Shown here: positions 27,485 to 30,363 of the stretch, one piece after another | Layout: the number at the start of each line of letters is the position of its first letter | Numbering within the stretch: the first letter of the stretch is position 1 | NCBI GenBank assembly: GCA_035527635.1 | Contig: DATLAF010000187.1 | Span: forward strand, 1 to 30,363 | Direction: 5' to 3' | DNA: 30,363 bases | DNA from: Thermoplasmatota archaeon | GTDB lineage: Archaea > Thermoplasmatota > E2 > DHVEG-1 | Program-made: the position numbers and the translations under genes | Notes under the pieces: generated by a model | What the model saw: the letters and a program-made list of their open reading frames with translations, nothing else | Told to the model about the DNA's origin: nothing | The model's database searches: none

Positions 27485-28726
27485 TTATAATGAAAACCGT
27501 TCCCCTCTCATAGGGGTAAGCACTTCTGCGGTATCTTTTAATGATTCCACAAGTGGTGCGCGGTTAGCACTATGGAATAAGATGATTTTTTCTGGGTTGC
27601 ATTTCTTTGCGAAATCGACAAGATCACTATGACCAGCATGCGCAGAGAAATCATAGTATTGCACTTCGCAGTGCACTTTTTCGGTGACACCGTAGAAATT
27701 TAATTTCCCTTTCTCTATCAGGAGTCTACTGTTGGTCCCAGGGATCTGATATCCTGTGAGAAGAACCGCGCTTTTCTTATCGTTCTTCAATTTGTTCATG
27801 TAGGATAGGACAGGACCACCGTCCATCATACCACTGGAGGTGACAATGACCTCTCCGTTCATCGCCCGCTTTCGGGTCTGTTCTGAATGAACCATATTGA
27901 CTTTCTTCAGCGCCCTTTTGAGGTCTTCGACGGACCGGAGGTATTTCGGGTACTTCAAATAGAGCTTTGAAATCTTTCTACCCATGCCATCAAACCAGAT
28001 ATCGTGTCCTGCATTACTCAGGACGAGGAGGAGTTCTTGCGAGCGGGAGACCGCGAACGCGGGGACGATCGCAGTACCACCTCGATTGACGACTTCGTCG
28101 ATTTTTTCAAGAAATTTCCTTTCTAATTGCTTCCTGTTTTCATGTTCCCTGCCTGCGTATGTTCCTTCCATGAAAAGCATGTCACAAGGGATTGGTTTTG
28201 TGCCTTTGACTAGTCGTGTGTCGATGACATTGAGATCCCCGGTGAACAACAGGCGTTTATCGCCGACGAGTTCAAACATTAGTGCGCCAGGGATATGGCC
28301 AGCGGAATGGTAATGAACACTGTAGTTCTCGCCAAGGTCGCGTTTCTTCCCTGGTTCGACGGGGACATAGCTATGTTCAGCTTCTTTCACATCGGCATTG
28401 GTAAACGGAATTGAGTACCCATCCATCTGGGCGATTTTGACAGTATCTTTTTGTAATAAATTGCTTACAACCGCGGTTGGTTCTGTGGCAATGATACGAT
28501 GATCTGATTGAGAGCAGAGCCAGGGGATCATCCCGCAGTGATCAAGATGCGAATGCGTAAGGAATGTGAGGTCAACTGGTGGTGGCGGCAAGGGAAACGT
28601 TGGTGGTTTTCCTGGTGACATCCCGTAATCAAAGAGAAATCTCATATTCTCGATTTCAAGTACCATTGCAAGATTTCCGACTTCGTCACTGCCACCAAGA
28701 AATTGACATTTAATACCAGAATCCAT
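27485..28726 (-). CDS. beta-CASP metallo-beta-lactamase ribonuclease without KH domains (aCPSF2-like)
   Basis: THSHLDH, AGHIPG, FTGD, EGTY, PAFAVSRSQE, SSGMMDGG, FSAHAG. Confidence 0.9.
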   Translation of the reverse strand: MDSGIKCQFLGGSDEVGNLAMVLEIENMRFLFDYGMSPGKPPTFPLPPPPVDLTFLTHSHLDHCGMIPWLCSQSDHRIIATEPTAVVSNLLQKDTVKIAQMDGYSIPFTNADVKEAEHSYVPVEPGKKRDLGENYSVHYHSAGHIPGALMFELVGDKRLLFTGDLNVIDTRLVKGTKPIPCDMLFMEGTYAGREHENRKQLERKFLEKIDEVVNRGGTAIVPAFAVSRSQELLLVLSNAGHDIWFDGMGRKISKLYLKYPKYLRSVEDLKRALKKVNMVHSEQTRKRAMNGEVIVTSSGMMDGGPVLSYMNKLKNDKKSAVLLTGYQIPGTNSRLLIEKGKLNFYGVTEKVHCEVQYYDFSAHAGHSDLVDFAKKCNPEKIILFHSANRAPLVESLKDTAEVLTPMRGERFSL

Positions 28727-28788
28727 TTATATCAAACCTTTTCATAATCAGGGCCTCCTAAAGAAAAAAGAGGTTGATTAACTTTTGG

Positions 28789-30102
28789 TCATCTATCCAG
28801 AGGCTTTACAATCAACGTTGTTTCGTCTTTATCGACGATGACGACCTTCGTATTTGTTTCGATAACCGTATCTGATTTCGCCTGCCAATATTCTCCCTTG
28901 TATCGTACGAAACCAGTTTTCTCTGGGCTGATGCGTTCGATTGTTACTGCGTGTTCCCCAGCAAATTTACCTACTGGTGATTTTTTCTTTCGGATCTGAA
29001 GTATTTTGTACAATAGGAATGCGAAGAAGACTGCGAAGAGCACGATGATAAGCAGCATGATGGTTAGCGCATCGGTCATATATTCACCTGATATCAACCA
29101 TTTTCTCGTTGGATAGCTTGGGATGAGAAATATCGATCCAAGGATAAGGCAGATGATCCCGCCGATTCCGACAGCACCAAAGCCAGGGATGACGAATATT
29201 TCTACCGTAAGCAGTAGGCATCCGATAATTATAAAGATTATGCTTAACGTAGAGATGTTAAATCCAGACCCGATCAGTGAAAGCAGAATTGCGATGACAC
29301 CAAATACCTCAGCACCATAACCCGGTGTCGAGATACCGATAAGCAAGGCAAAAATCCCTAGCATCAACAACAACGAAGTCAGGATGGGATTTGAAATAAG
29401 TTTCATTATCTGAATATTTATTGAAGGTGAATACTGGATCTGTTCTGCGTTTTTCGTATGGAGCGTGATTGTGCCAGCAGCTGTTGTGACGTTTCGCCCA
29501 TCCATATCGTTTAAAAGCTGGTCAATATTTGATGCGACGATTTCGATGACGTTGCTGTTTTTTGCAACGGTCGCATTTACGTTCCTGTTCTGGGTAATGA
29601 ACAGTTTCGCTAGTGTTTCATTTCTGCCATACATCACTGCTCGTTCTTGAAGCCATTCGACGAGGGCGTTGATGATCTTTGAGTCATTGATGAAATGTGT
29701 TCCATCAAGACCTGTTTCAATAGGTTGACATGATCCTATAATGGTGTGATCTGCCATGGCTGCCAGTGGTGTGCTTAGCAAAATAAACGTCCCTGCAGAC
29801 CATGCGGTCGCTCCACTGGGGGCGACATACCCAATGATTGGGATGTCGCTTTGTCTGATTATCTGAGCGATCTCAAACGTCTGGTCAAGCCCGCCTCCTG
29901 GAGTATTCAACAGAAGGATCACAGCTTGAGCTTCGTTTGCCTCTGCTTGTTTTAAGCTATCTGTCATCACTTCGACTGTGGATTGATCAATGGTTTCGGT
30001 GATTTCAACAAGAAGAACACTGGATGTTTGCGCGGATACACTACTCGATAAAAAAAGAAGAAGAAAAAAGAAAAAAACCAGAGGAAGGTAGGTCTTTTTC
30101 AT
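28789..30102 (-). CDS. nfeD: NfeD long form (membrane-bound serine protease of ClpP class)
   Basis: Signal peptide, LNTPGG, AWSAG catalytic Ser, TM region with PGFG, C-terminal OB fold G-V...GEYWQA. Confidence 0.92.
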   Translation of the reverse strand: MKKTYLPLVFFFFLLLFLSSSVSAQTSSVLLVEITETIDQSTVEVMTDSLKQAEANEAQAVILLLNTPGGGLDQTFEIAQIIRQSDIPIIGYVAPSGATAWSAGTFILLSTPLAAMADHTIIGSCQPIETGLDGTHFINDSKIINALVEWLQERAVMYGRNETLAKLFITQNRNVNATVAKNSNVIEIVASNIDQLLNDMDGRNVTTAAGTITLHTKNAEQIQYSPSINIQIMKLISNPILTSLLLMLGIFALLIGISTPGYGAEVFGVIAILLSLIGSGFNISTLSIIFIIIGCLLLTVEIFVIPGFGAVGIGGIICLILGSIFLIPSYPTRKWLISGEYMTDALTIMLLIIVLFAVFFAFLLYKILQIRKKKSPVGKFAGEHAVTIERISPEKTGFVRYKGEYWQAKSDTVIETNTKVVIVDKDETTLIVKPLDR

Positions 30103-30363
30103 TATTCAACTTTTTTATTGACTGCTTTTGCTATTCCGGCCATCGTTCCAATTTCACCGCCGGGAACAATGATAAGGTTTTTCTCCCGTGCTATCTCCGT
30201 GAGGGTCTGTAATTCTCGAAGCCGTAAAGCGATCGGCGTTTTTTCATACAGTTTTGCCGCCTCCGTCATTTTCGCTGAGGCTAGAAGTTCTCCTTCTGCC
30301 ATAATGATCCTTGATCGTTTCTCTCGCTCGGCTTCTGCTTGTTTTGCGATTGCCCGGAGCATT
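30102..30363 (-). CDS. SPFH/stomatin-family protein, C-terminal part (runs off the window)
   Basis: [34 protein letters not shown]; TAATG overlap with nfeD. Confidence 0.92.
   Translation of the reverse strand, partial: MLRAIAKQAEAEREKRSRIIMAEGELLASAKMTEAAKLYEKTPIALRLRELQTLTEIAREKNLIIVPGGEIGTMAGIAKAVNKKVE

Noticed and set aside
1-30363. CRISPR arrays, transposases, integrases, tRNAs and the many short antisense ORFs
   Set aside because: I saw no repeat-spacer periodicity or mobile-element motifs by eye; the short ORFs are shadows of well-supported genes.

Overview
A gene-dense archaeal chromosomal segment, probably Thermoplasmatota (MBG-D/DHVEG-1-like; the lineage is inferred from gene content, not searched). 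I found no rRNA, tRNA, CRISPR array or mobile element. Contents in order: thyX and an archaeal RibD-C reductase; a 10-gene Mrp/MBH-type membrane module (MbhA-I plus MbhM) with no hydrogenase or redox subunits in the operon; an archaeosortase A-psd-pssA operon; a secreted metallophosphoesterase; NTPase-trm1-purN-folC; HypA with an ATPase-type HypB; msrB; a bacterial-type deoxyhypusine-synthase-like gene; larE-larB-short larC; a DUF1858-like protein; a structured intergenic element; a 4-TM protein; archease; an MTAP/MTIP-family phosphorylase; dph6; an OPT transporter followed by a PqqD-like ORF missing from the ORF track because it has no canonical start codon; aRF1; a beta-CASP nuclease; nfeD; and a partial stomatin gene. 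The most interesting items are the hidden OPT-coupled PqqD-like gene, the headless MBH module with altered ion-pathway residues, the sortase-lipid operon and the nickel-cofactor genes with a LarC1-only protein.
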